The notes below the pieces were generated by a model that had not been told where the DNA came from, did not search any database, and worked only from the letters and a program-made list of their open reading frames with translations. The position numbers were made by a program, and so were the translations under genes. Below, one piece after another: positions 12,501 through 18,120 of a stretch of 46,382 nucleotides of DNA (the stretch's first letter is position 1; every line of letters starts with the position of its first letter). Origin of the DNA: Candidatus Bathyarchaeota archaeon (GTDB taxonomy: Archaea > Thermoproteota > Bathyarchaeia > Bathyarchaeales > Bathyarchaeaceae); assembly GCA_029882515.1 (NCBI GenBank), contig JAOUKN010000003.1, positions 1 to 46,382 on the forward strand. Direction: 5' to 3'.

Positions 12501-14772
12501 CAGTAAGAGTTACTACATAATTGCCATTATTAATGTACGAGTGATCAACAGTAACTCCAGTGCCATTGCTTCCATCACCAAAGTCCCAGAAATAACTGAT
12601 AATGCTACCGTCAGGATCGTAACTCGTGGTAGCGTTGAAGTATATAGTCTCACTGGTATAGACGGTTTCCGTTGATTCTGTAAATGAGGCAATGGGGGGT
12701 CTGTTCAGAACGGTCTTACCGGCACTGGTCAAGTTAGTTGCCCCATCGTCATCATTGACTGTGAGGGTTACTGTGTAATTTCCCTCCTGAGGGTAAGAGT
12801 GCTCGGTTGTCACGCCAGTGGTGTTGGTGCCGTCACCGAAATCCCAGAAATAACTAATAATCACACCATCTGGGTCGTAACTTGCAGAGGCGTTGAAGTA
12901 GATGATCTCCTCGGTATAGATAGTTTCCACAGATTCGGTGAAAAACGCTACAGGAGGCCGATTCAACACGGTCTTGGTGGAGGTTGCGGTGTCAGTTGCG
13001 TCGTCGTCATCCGTTACGGTCAAAGCCACCGTATAAGTTCCGTCGTCAACATAAGCATGATCAACCACAACGCCAATAGCATTGATGCCGTCACCAAAAT
13101 CCCAGAGATAGCTATTAATAGTGCCATCGGGGTCATAGCTGTCTGACGCGTCAAAGTAAATGATTTCACCAGTGAGCGCGGTTGTTGCAGACTCGGTGAA
13201 TATGGCTGCTGGTGGCCTATTTAGAACAGATTTGGTGGCTGACGCCAAGTCAGTTGCTTCATCATCATCCGTAATGGTTAGGGTTATCGTGTAGTTTCCA
13301 TCATCAGCATATGAGTGGCCTACAGCTATACTTGTGGCGTTTGTTCCGTCACCAAAGTCCCAATAGTAGCTCACTATTGAACCGTCAAGATCATAGCTGT
13401 CACTTGCGTTGAACGTGATAGGCTCACTTGTATAGACGGTTTCTGCCGATTCAGTGAATGTTGCAATCGGAGGTCTATTAAGCACTGTGATGCCCTTAGA
13501 AGTGATGTCGGATAGTCCGTCGTTATCGGTCACAGTGATTGTAACTGTGTATGTTCCGTCATCAGTGTAGATGTGGGTCGTGATCTCGCCTGTAGCGTTG
13601 GTTCCGTCGCCGAAGTCCCAGAAATAAGTGACGATTGACCCGTCAGGGTCATAGCTGCTCGAAGCATTGAAAGTTACGGTTTCGCTAACATAAGGGTATT
13701 CCGGGGTGCAGGAGAAATTGGCTACCGGTGGTACTCCCCACGTACGTAGAAGCGTGCAATCTATTTCCCATGAATCTTGATAGGTATCCGCTGTTTCGGT
13801 TCCCCCTTTGAATCTTATGGTAAACGTGGAACTAATCAGATAGTCAGTAATTGAAATGTTGTTCCATCCACTTGATAGGTCATTGAACAGGCTTTGCCAC
13901 GTGAAACCGTCCCAAACATCGATTCGAAGATTTTCCGATCCCATAGCTCCTCCGAATATGCAAAGTTGCTCGTTGGTCAGATCGTGCGTTGCATTGGTCC
14001 ATTGAACCTCCAGATCGAGATCATAGTTAGTCATGAAATATGTTACCACAATCTTGACATAATCGCAATAAATTGTGCCTTTGTTAGTCTCATCTTGGAC
14101 AACGAAGTAAAGGTACCCGTTCGCGTTAATGTAATCGGTAATTCCAGTCGTGATGGTTGCCGTAAAGTTTTCGTCTTGTCCTCCTGCGGCGACGGTAGAG
14201 TTTTTGATATCCCAAGCAGAACCTGTAAAGTTCCATAGACGTAGATAAACAGTTGCTCCTGCACCAAGGGGAGACCCTTCGAATAAAAGGTCTAGCTGAG
14301 TAATACTGTTCTCACTGATGGTGAATTTGAAGTTGAAGTATGGTCTTCTGCCTGGAGAGCAAGGGCCAGAGGAATCCCTTACGTCATTGGAGGACTCTAT
14401 CAAGGTGTAGTCTGCTACTTCTGTCTGTCCCGTTATGTCTGGTCCATCAGCGGGTGGAGAACTTGCTTGGCCTTTGTAAGCCCACTTGGTTAAGCCTGCG
14501 CCAGCACTATAATCGTAGGTTGTTTCATCAATACCACCAGTATTTTCTTCGTTTAGAGCGTCATAAATTGAGTCTGGACCGTATTGTTGGTCTGTGAAGT
14601 TTGAGTGTGTGCCCCTGTCGGGGCTAGTGTCCACATCACTTGTGTTGTTATCGACATAATCATACTCGTCTGAAGGATTGGCATAAACAGGGAAAAGTCC
14701 AGCTGCTACGCTAACTGAAACGAGTAATCCTAGCAGAAGAAGGAGAAAGAGCCCTCTTCTTCTCCTACGCAA
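319..14772 (-). CDS. Giant surface protein (4817 aa): signal peptide, N-terminal beta-sandwich head, 51 PKD domains, C-terminal dockerin
   Basis: TTG start after a purine-rich SD; MRRRRRGLFLLLLLGLL signal peptide. 51 units carry the PKD core (FNAS.SYDPDG.I.SY.WDFGDG...H.Y...G.YTVTLTVTDDDG). The C-terminus has a duplicated DVNGDGKVR[IV]DD dockerin motif. Confidence 0.93.
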   Translation of the reverse strand: MRRRRRGLFLLLLLGLLVSVSVAAGLFPVYANPSDEYDYVDNNTSDVDTSPDRGTHSNFTDQQYGPDSIYDALNEENTGGIDETTYDYSAGAGLTKWAYKGQASSPPADGPDITGQTEVADYTLIESSNDVRDSSGPCSPGRRPYFNFKFTISENSITQLDLLFEGSPLGAGATVYLRLWNFTGSAWDIKNSTVAAGGQDENFTATITTGITDYINANGYLYFVVQDETNKGTIYCDYVKIVVTYFMTNYDLDLEVQWTNATHDLTNEQLCIFGGAMGSENLRIDVWDGFTWQSLFNDLSSGWNNISITDYLISSTFTIRFKGGTETADTYQDSWEIDCTLLRTWGVPPVANFSCTPEYPYVSETVTFNASSSYDPDGSIVTYFWDFGDGTNATGEITTHIYTDDGTYTVTITVTDNDGLSDITSKGITVLNRPPIATFTESAETVYTSEPITFNASDSYDLDGSIVSYYWDFGDGTNATSIAVGHSYADDGNYTITLTITDDDEATDLASATKSVLNRPPAAIFTESATTALTGEIIYFDASDSYDPDGTINSYLWDFGDGINAIGVVVDHAYVDDGTYTVALTVTDDDDATDTATSTKTVLNRPPVAFFTESVETIYTEEIIYFNASASYDPDGVIISYFWDFGDGTNTTGVTTEHSYPQEGNYTVTLTVNDDDGATNLTSAGKTVLNRPPIASFTESTETVYTSETIYFNATTSYDPDGSIISYFWDFGDGSNGTGVTVDHSYINNGNYVVTLTVTDDDGATDSTIAFKTVLNRPPIAAFTESTQTVYTNETITFNATNSHDPDGSIVGYFWDFGDGTNATGVTTDHSFADDGNYTVALTVTDDDGATNIVFSTKTVLNRPPVASFTESAETVYTGETIYFDASGSSDPDGSIVSYFWDFGDSTNAIGVVVDHAYVDDGNYTVTLTITDDDGATETATATKTVLNRSPVASFTESAETIYTSETITFNASASYDSDGSIVSYFWDFGDGANATGIIVEHSYPEDGNYTVTLVVTDDDGATDAATSTKTVLNRPPVASFTESAETIYVDEVISFNASVSYDLDGSIAGYFWDFGDGTNATGIIVNHTYLDDGIHIVTLTITDNDGATGLATATKTVLNKPPVAIFTESAETVYVGEPITFNATNSYDPDGMIVSYFWDFGDGANATGITVNHAFATNGTFTVTLTITDDDGATDSASSTKTILMNESPVASFTESVETVYTNEPITFNASSSYDPDGIIVSYEWDFGDGTNATGIVVERTYVDDGIYTITLTVTDDKAATDTATSVKTVLNRSPVASFTESAETVYTDEVVSFNASASYDLDGTIVSYFWNFDDETNATGVTVNHAYADNGYYTVTLTVTDDDGATDTATAAKTVLNRSPVASFTESAETIYTNEAVTFNASASYDSDGSIVSYFWDFGDGANATGIIVDHAYADDGIYAVTLTVTDDDGATDAATSTKTVLNRPPVASFTESAETVYTSEAITFNASDSYDPDGMILSYFWDLGDGANATDVTVNHAYADDGNYTVTLTVTDDDGATALVSATKMILNRHPVALFTESAETVLTQEIITFNASSSYDPDGLIVSYFWDFGDGANATGAIVEYSYVDDGDYSVTLTITDNDGATDTASATKFVLNRSPLASFTESAETINTGETVHFNASQSYDPDGMIVSYFWNFGDGSNATGIVVDLAYADDGNYTVTLTVTDDDGTTDTTTSTKTVLNRPPVASFTESAETVYTGETIHFDASSSLDLDGSVVSYFWDFGDGTNATEVTVDHAYVDDGIYTVTLTVTDDDGATNSDTAIKTVLNRPPLATFTESAEVVYINETIYLNASDSYDLDGTIVSYWWDFGDGTNATGVTTEHSYSQEGNYTVILTVTDDDGATNSTSANKTVLNRPPIAVFTESAETVYTGDTISFNASESYDLDGIIISYFWDFGDGTNNTSIVTDHAYADDGNYTVTLIITDNDGALASTSSIKTILNRPPLAFFTESAETVYTSVTITFDASTSYDPDGTVVSYFWDFGDGTNATGITVGHSYADDGNYMVTLTVTDNDGAIDTATAIKTILNRSPVAIFTESASVVYTGEVIYFDALQSHDPDGVIVGYFWDFGDGTNATGVTVEHAYTDDGNYVVTLTVTDDDGAAGTATSTKKVLNRPPVAFFTESAETVYTSVTITFNASDGYDPDGAIVSYFWDFGDSTNATGIIVNHAYSEDGTYTVTLTVTDDDDATASAGATKTVLNRPPVAIFTESAETVLVDEVIYFNASVSHDPDGSIVSYFWDFGDGTNATDVTTEHAYADNGVYTVTLTITDNDGATTSATATKNVEVTPPVAIFTESAVTVYTGEFIYFNASASYDSDGVLVSYFWDFGDGTNATGVTAEYAYTDNGNYTVILTVTDDDGVTNSATTTKTVLNRAPSASFSESAETVYTDEVITFNASASYDPDGSIATYFWDFGDGTNTTGIVTNHSFANNGNCTITLTVTDDDGATGVATATKTVLNRPPVASFTESTETVFTGEVISFNASASYDPDGIITSRFWDFGDNTNATGTIVDHTYSEDGNYTVTLTVTDDDGASSSSIATKTVLNNSPVASFTETAETVYSAEIIAFNASASYDPDGTVVSYFWDFGDGINTTGVIVDHAYADDGDYTVTLTVTDDDGASSSTSVIKTVLNRSPIASFTESTETMLVGEVIYFNASESYDPDGVVVSYFWDFGDGTNATGMTTEHGYADDGVYTATLTVTDDDGATASTSATKTVGITPPVATFTESAETVLTGETIMFNASASYDFDGVIVSYFWDFGDGTNATSVIVVHSYVDDGVYNVTLTVTDDDGATASAVSTKTVLNRSPVPSFTESATTLSTDEVISFDASASYDSDGTIVSYFWDFGDGSNATGVIVGHAYVSDGVYTATLTVTDDDGATASTSATKMVLNRSPVASFAESAETVYTNEIISFDASASYDPDGAIVSYFWDFGDGTNATGVIVDHAFADDGIYTATLTVADDDNATATDTSTKTVLNRSPVASFTESAETVYTSDVITLNASNSYDLDGTIVSYFWDFGDGTNATGVVVDRSYADDGVYTVTLTILDDDGASVSASATKTVLNRSPVALFTESVTTVFTGEVIYFNASASYDSDGIIVSYFWDFGDGTNATGVIVDHAYVDDGTYTVILTVTDDDGVTTSTSATKTVLNRSPVASFTESAETVYTNEIISFNASASYDSDGTIVSYFWDFGDGTNSTGMIVEYSYVDDGTYSVTLTVTDDDGATGIITSTKTVLNRPPVALFTETAETVLTDEIITFNASASYDPDDYIISYLWDFGDSTNSTGAIVDHAYVDDGVYTVTLTVTDDDGATASATATKIVSNRSPVASFTESAENVLTGEVIYFNASGSYDPDGYVVSYFWDFGDGINAMGVTTEHSYAEKGNYIVTLTVTDDDGATASAIATKIVGNSSPVAIFTESAAAAYTGMVISFDASSSYDPDGVIVDYFWDFGDGTNAAGLSVGHAYADDGNYTVTLTVTDDADATATATSIKTILNRSPVSIFSESATVVYTGVVIHFDASTSYDSDGVILSYFWDFGDDTNATDIIVEHAYIDDGNYFVTLTLIDDDGATGMASSTKTVLNRSPVASFTESAETVYTEEVIHFDASASYDPDGYLATYFWDFGDGTNASNVILDHAFIDEGTYIVTLTVTDNDGATTSVSATKIVLSTSPVALFTESAEIVYTDEVIYFNASASYDPNGVIVSYFWDFGDSTNATGVTVNHSYADDGIYTVILTVTDNEGETSSATSTKTILNRFPVASFTESAETVYTGESITFNASGSYDPDGVIVSCFWDFNDGTNATGVLAEHAYVNDGNYTVALTVTDDDGSVVAAVATKTILNRSPSASFIYSPSYPIVGEIVAFNASASYDLDGYVVDYAWNFGDNTTTTVATPIVSHTYAIEGDYTVTLTITDDDSATNNSTDVVMVRNYPTAAFTYSPDPPAKNQSIIFNASSSVPNGGIITSYQWDFGDGNITAVSGPILTHVYSSEGNYTVVLNVTDSEGLSDSLSQTIRVGLSPVSSFTYSPATLYVGDTATFNASASYDPDGSIISYLWDFGDGSLPVNETDPITIHVYVSDGVYSVALTVTDNEGINATNSTMITVLRAPVASFTYSPGFVLVGDVVTFDASESYDPNGYIMNYTWDFGDGNITATTSPITTHTYATAKTYVVILTVTDNEGFTDEKTKFVRIREYPTASFMCIPDYPIAGEDVTFDASSSTPNGGSIDNYHWDFGDGSLPVDTPDPILTYLYTTVGDYVVTLTVSDSEDLSDTTSTTVSVRDYPTATFQYSPTPPTAGLPVNFDGSSSTPGQGGSITDYAWDFGDGNITTTTTSMVVHVYAKAGNYTAVLTVTDSEGLSDLNVELITVEQASPVAAFVYSPDPAVKGGIVTFNASKSHDPDGQIWVYHWRFGDGETDLGWDSIVTHVYTALGQYNVTLTVEDLDENTDAISKIVTVIAGPHVDFTWEPQYPEINEVIAFDASESYDPTGSIVNYTWDFGDGNSTTVFESIITHQYGAPANYTVALNVTNDQGLWNIRQKLVSVIVTGPYVDFSWTPSDPYVNETVLFDASNSIGTVAEIANYTWHFGDGETITVVDPVVYYAYASEGNYTVALNVTDTRGFWSTASKIISILPLSGPTADFTWPYPCYPNRTITFDASTSTSGWNGTDHPPIVSYMWDFGDGNITTISVFAINHTYVQPGNYIVALTVTDELDQSDTVSYVVAVSEKLLGDVNGDGKVRIDDILAVALAFGSEPGDPNWDPDCDVNGDGKVRVDDILIAAQNFGQELP
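505..3156 (-). repeat. 10 more divergent PKD repeats (F-x-Y/W-S-P type) next to the dockerin
   Basis: These units begin with P.A.F.YSP or FTWEP, keep W[DNRH]FGD, and vary in length. One more unit of this type precedes the FTES block (~13480-13734). Confidence 0.85.
3157..13479 (-). repeat. 40 tandem 258-bp (86-aa) 'NRxPVAxFTESAET'-type PKD repeats
   Basis: The span is 10323 bp = 40 x 258 + 3 (one extra codon in KTILMNESP). WDFGD-coding AAAATCCCAG recurs at 258-bp spacing (e.g. 5611 and 5869). Confidence 0.92.
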
Positions 14773-14989
14773 ATTTCTCTTCTCCCTTCTCTTTCAGCAC
14801 TGTATATTTTTAGCTGCCCGACTTATTTAACCGTTCAGTATATATCTTCTACATACATTTTGAGATGAAGCAGACTTTAAACGCATATTCTTCATTAAGA
14901 AATACATCCATTGCGAAATATCTCCCAACTCATACGATGCTTGCACATATGATAGTATGCGTAAGAGAAATGAAAGGGGGATACAGTTT

Positions 14990-15751
14990 TTAGTGAAGTG
15001 TTCTTTCAAATAATCTGCGTCTGTACAAGCCTATAGCAACTGTAAGCATGGTAAATAAAAGAAGCATTGATATCCATGTGGAAAATTCTGGAACCCAGCT
15101 ATATCCATTAGAAGACATATCTCCCCACACTGCTGGTTCTGAAATACCGGCCGTGGAAGGCCATGCATACCATCCCATATCAACATCCATATCAACGATT
15201 AGAAACATAACTCCAAGCGTCTTATTTCCGCCAGCAGTCACATCCAACTTTGCATAGGTAATATTGTATTCACACTGCCACGCAGTCGATGTTGAATTAG
15301 CTTTCGCTGTCCAACCACAGACTGTGGTTGGAAACCAACCGCCTGCAGTTACATTGTATTCTTGTGTGGCACCGATACGAGAAATACGAAACCACACGTC
15401 GTCTGTCTGCAATGAGGTGTTCCTATCGTGATCAACATCGAAGATAAGAATACAACAGTCACTATTGTTGAACGTAGAGTCTGGTATGTCAAATCCGGCA
15501 TAGAGGTTAGTACCATCTTGCTTGGCATAGACTGTGCAACTGGCCCCGTCGGTAATTGAAACCGTAATATTACTGGCATCATTCCATTCGCCACTTTCAA
15601 AGGCCCCGTTTAAAGTTGGAGTCAAACCATGCACAGCAACTATGATGTTCTCAGAAGATGCTTCGGTCATAGGAGCGTTAAATGCAATAGCTAACGCAGC
15701 AGCCAAAAGCAGGGCTAACATTTTTTTGGCTATCTTTTTCTTATCATACAA
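14990..15751 (-). CDS. Secreted DOMON/CBM9-like sugar-binding domain protein with PEF-CTERM sorting signal
   Basis: Signal peptide; PTLNG..E.GEW.DA, YAKQDGTNLY.GF, IFDVDHD and WQCEY motifs typical of DOMON-like/CBM9-like domains. The C-terminus is VPEF followed by a TM helix and RRR. Confidence 0.7.
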   Translation of the reverse strand: MYDKKKIAKKMLALLLAAALAIAFNAPMTEASSENIIVAVHGLTPTLNGAFESGEWNDASNITVSITDGASCTVYAKQDGTNLYAGFDIPDSTFNNSDCCILIFDVDHDRNTSLQTDDVWFRISRIGATQEYNVTAGGWFPTTVCGWTAKANSTSTAWQCEYNITYAKLDVTAGGNKTLGVMFLIVDMDVDMGWYAWPSTAGISEPAVWGDMSSNGYSWVPEFSTWISMLLLFTMLTVAIGLYRRRLFERTLH

Positions 15752-15837
15752 TTCTTCTCTACCTAGGTCTGAAAAGTTGCTATGTCATTATATAAAACAT
15801 GCGCATCTGCAAAAGTGAAGATCATTCAATGCGGTAA

Positions 15838-16824
15838 CTAGCCGCTATAATTGCCAAAGGCTTGCGCCACAATCAGAACATCATCTACGCGGACTTTGCC
15901 GTCACCATTTATGTCAACACTAGGATCCCAGCCTTCGTCACCCTCGTTCATGCCGAAAGCCAAAGCCACAGCCAACACGTCATCTACCCGCACCTTACCG
16001 TCATCGTTCACATCACCGATTAGAATGACTTCAAACGTTGTGCTATTGGTTATGAACAGCATTTGATATTGTGAAACTGCTGAGATGCTGTAGTTGCCCG
16101 TGATCCCTCCTTCAGGGTTCGTACGAAATGTCAGATTGAATTCTCCTGGTGTACTTGTGCCGAAAGATTCTTCGGAGGTATAGGTTTCTCCTCCCCCTCC
16201 ACCAACAATGTTAAATCCAACTGACGCTTCAGGGCAGTAGGCGAATCCGTTTTCGTTCGGCCATCCATACAACGCACTGGTGTATATAAACGCGGGGCCG
16301 AGAGATATGTATTCAGAGATTGGTATAGGCCAGATGAAACGACGTTCCTCTTGTTCTGGTCCTAGCTCTGTTTGGAATAGTTTCTGCGCTATGAAGGGTA
16401 AACCGGTTGAGTCATAAAGATTCAACGTGACCGTCACATTCTCTGAGGTGAGCCCGTTGTTTTTCACGGTTATGTTTATTCCTAGACCTTCGCCTAGTGT
16501 GAAGCTCGATTTGGCGTTTCCAAATCGGTCACATGTGACCAATTCTGGGATCTCAACAACCCATGGACCCACAGGATTGTCCCCTGTCGGCAGGGTCCTT
16601 AATACGAACAGGTTCTCATTTGGATCGTCTATTTGGATTGCTACAAAGCCATCAGTTACAGGTGAACCATCCAGCATTAGGCTTCCATGGACCGAAACGC
16701 TTTCTCCAAGACCGTTTTCCTGGTCAACACTCAAAATGAGTTTCAAGCTCACGGCTTGTACAACTTGGACTGTTACGAGGATGACGAGGATAGTAAGGAA
16801 GGTGAACCACTGTTTCCGAGACAT
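15838..16824 (-). CDS. Secreted Ig-like domain protein with C-terminal dockerin
   Basis: Signal peptide, beta-rich body, and the C-terminal GDVNDDGKVRVDDVLAVALAFG...DINGDGKVRVDDVL. Confidence 0.85.
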   Translation of the reverse strand: MSRKQWFTFLTILVILVTVQVVQAVSLKLILSVDQENGLGESVSVHGSLMLDGSPVTDGFVAIQIDDPNENLFVLRTLPTGDNPVGPWVVEIPELVTCDRFGNAKSSFTLGEGLGINITVKNNGLTSENVTVTLNLYDSTGLPFIAQKLFQTELGPEQEERRFIWPIPISEYISLGPAFIYTSALYGWPNENGFAYCPEASVGFNIVGGGGGETYTSEESFGTSTPGEFNLTFRTNPEGGITGNYSISAVSQYQMLFITNSTTFEVILIGDVNDDGKVRVDDVLAVALAFGMNEGDEGWDPSVDINGDGKVRVDDVLIVAQAFGNYSG

Positions 16825-16921
16825 TTTGTTCTATCCCGTTTTTATCTATAAAGAAAACTTAAAGATACAAGTATAAACCTTGTGCAGCTGTCTTGTTGCC
16901 ACTTGTCTGAGAAACGGATGG

Positions 16922-17956
16922 TTACGGTGCCCATTCTTTTCCAAACTCCTTAGCGACAGCCAAAACATCGTTTACGCGCACCTTGCCATCCTTGTCTAGG
17001 TCTGTATATGGGTTCCAGTCCGGGTCACCTTCATTGGAGCCGAAGGCTAAGGCCACAACTAGAACATCATCTACGCGGACTTTTCGGTCACCATTTATGT
17101 CTCCGATGATCGTGGCGAAGATTTTGATGTTTCTTGTTGAGTGTTGATAGGTGAACTGTATGAAATCGTGTGTTGCATTCTTAGAGAGGCTATAGGGAGT
17201 CGGAGTGGTGTCTACGAGAACCATTATTGTACTGACGTTTCCGTTGAGGAACGATGTTGGTGTTGCCACAGTTGTCGACCCAACAGTTCCTGTGGTTCCT
17301 GTTGCGTCAAACATAATTTTTTTCGATCCTTGGTCGTAGTTGAACGTTGTGATCGTTGAGTTGCTGAAGATTAGAACATGATAGGTTTCTTGGTTGATTA
17401 TCACCGTAAACAAGTTTTCTTCAAAGCCTTGGTCTGTGACGATTACAATGCCATCCATTCCTTCGAATGGAATGAATTCATAATCTGGCTCCTGAAGATA
17501 GGTGTCGCAGAGTTCGCTGGGACATTCGGGTTCTACTATTTCTAAGCTGCTGATGCCTGGGTCTATGCTGTTGAATTCTACTTGAACTAAATTGCCTGAG
17601 CCATTTACGCCATAGGTTCCATCTAATACACAGAAAACCAGCACGTATCCTTCTGCATTGTCAATTTCAGGTGGAAATAGAATGAAGTAGCTTCCGAAGA
17701 TATTTTCGTCAGGAACTGTAATGTCAGTACAGTTGATTATTGAGGGGTTGAAACCAAGTCGAAGTTGCCATGTATTGAGGTTGGTCACATTGGATACGGT
17801 AACGTTGATTGTGACTGTTTGCCCTATCTGGACATAGCTCTTGTTAGGATTCACGATGATTGCCGTTCCTGCGAGCGGAGAAGCAAAGCGGAAGCTGAGA
17901 AATATTATCGTGGAAGTGACAAGTAATCCTAATAAGATTGTTGCTTTGCGATTCAT
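16922..17956 (-). CDS. Cohesin + linker domain + dockerin protein (adaptor-scaffoldin-like)
   Basis: Signal peptide. Cohesin pattern GQTVTINVTVSNVTNLNTWQLRLGFNPSII...GSGNLVQVEF..G.SSLEI; C-terminal GDINGDRKVRVDD...DLDKDGKVRVND. Confidence 0.85.
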   Translation of the reverse strand: MNRKATILLGLLVTSTIIFLSFRFASPLAGTAIIVNPNKSYVQIGQTVTINVTVSNVTNLNTWQLRLGFNPSIINCTDITVPDENIFGSYFILFPPEIDNAEGYVLVFCVLDGTYGVNGSGNLVQVEFNSIDPGISSLEIVEPECPSELCDTYLQEPDYEFIPFEGMDGIVIVTDQGFEENLFTVIINQETYHVLIFSNSTITTFNYDQGSKKIMFDATGTTGTVGSTTVATPTSFLNGNVSTIMVLVDTTPTPYSLSKNATHDFIQFTYQHSTRNIKIFATIIGDINGDRKVRVDDVLVVALAFGSNEGDPDWNPYTDLDKDGKVRVNDVLAVAKEFGKEWAP

Positions 17957-18063
17957 GTAAATCCTCTTCTCAAGCTCATTTAGATCTCCGAGACAGTAAA
18001 GGGTTTTGGTTAAGTTACTTTTACCTTCATATTCTTACATGATTCTCTGTATAGAAATTTTCA

Positions 18064-18100
18064 CAAAAAAGGAGAGGATGAGATGTGTGCACGTGCACAC
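18064..18100 (-). terminator. Putative terminator: 16-bp perfect palindrome followed by pyrimidine/T tract
   Basis: GTGTGCACGTGCACAC (18085-18100) is self-complementary. On the minus strand it lies 20 nt after the scaffoldin stop and is followed by ATCTCATCCTCTCCTTTTTTG. Confidence 0.55.
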
Positions 18101-18120
18101 GCTTAGTTTACGGTTTTACC

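Noticed and set aside
3157-13479. CRISPR array or DGR template/variable repeats
   Set aside because: The period is 258 bp, in frame and protein-coding, with no spacer structure. The differences are not adenine-specific, and no RT or cas gene is present.
1677-14597. Many short ORFs (60-173 aa) overlapping the giant gene
   Set aside because: They are antisense or off-frame shadows of the repetitive PKD coding sequence, with no independent motifs.
14752-14772. Tat signal (RRRRRGLF) on the giant protein
   Set aside because: It is a poor match to S/T-R-R-x-F-L-K, and folded export of a 4817-aa chain is implausible. It is more likely a basic Sec n-region.
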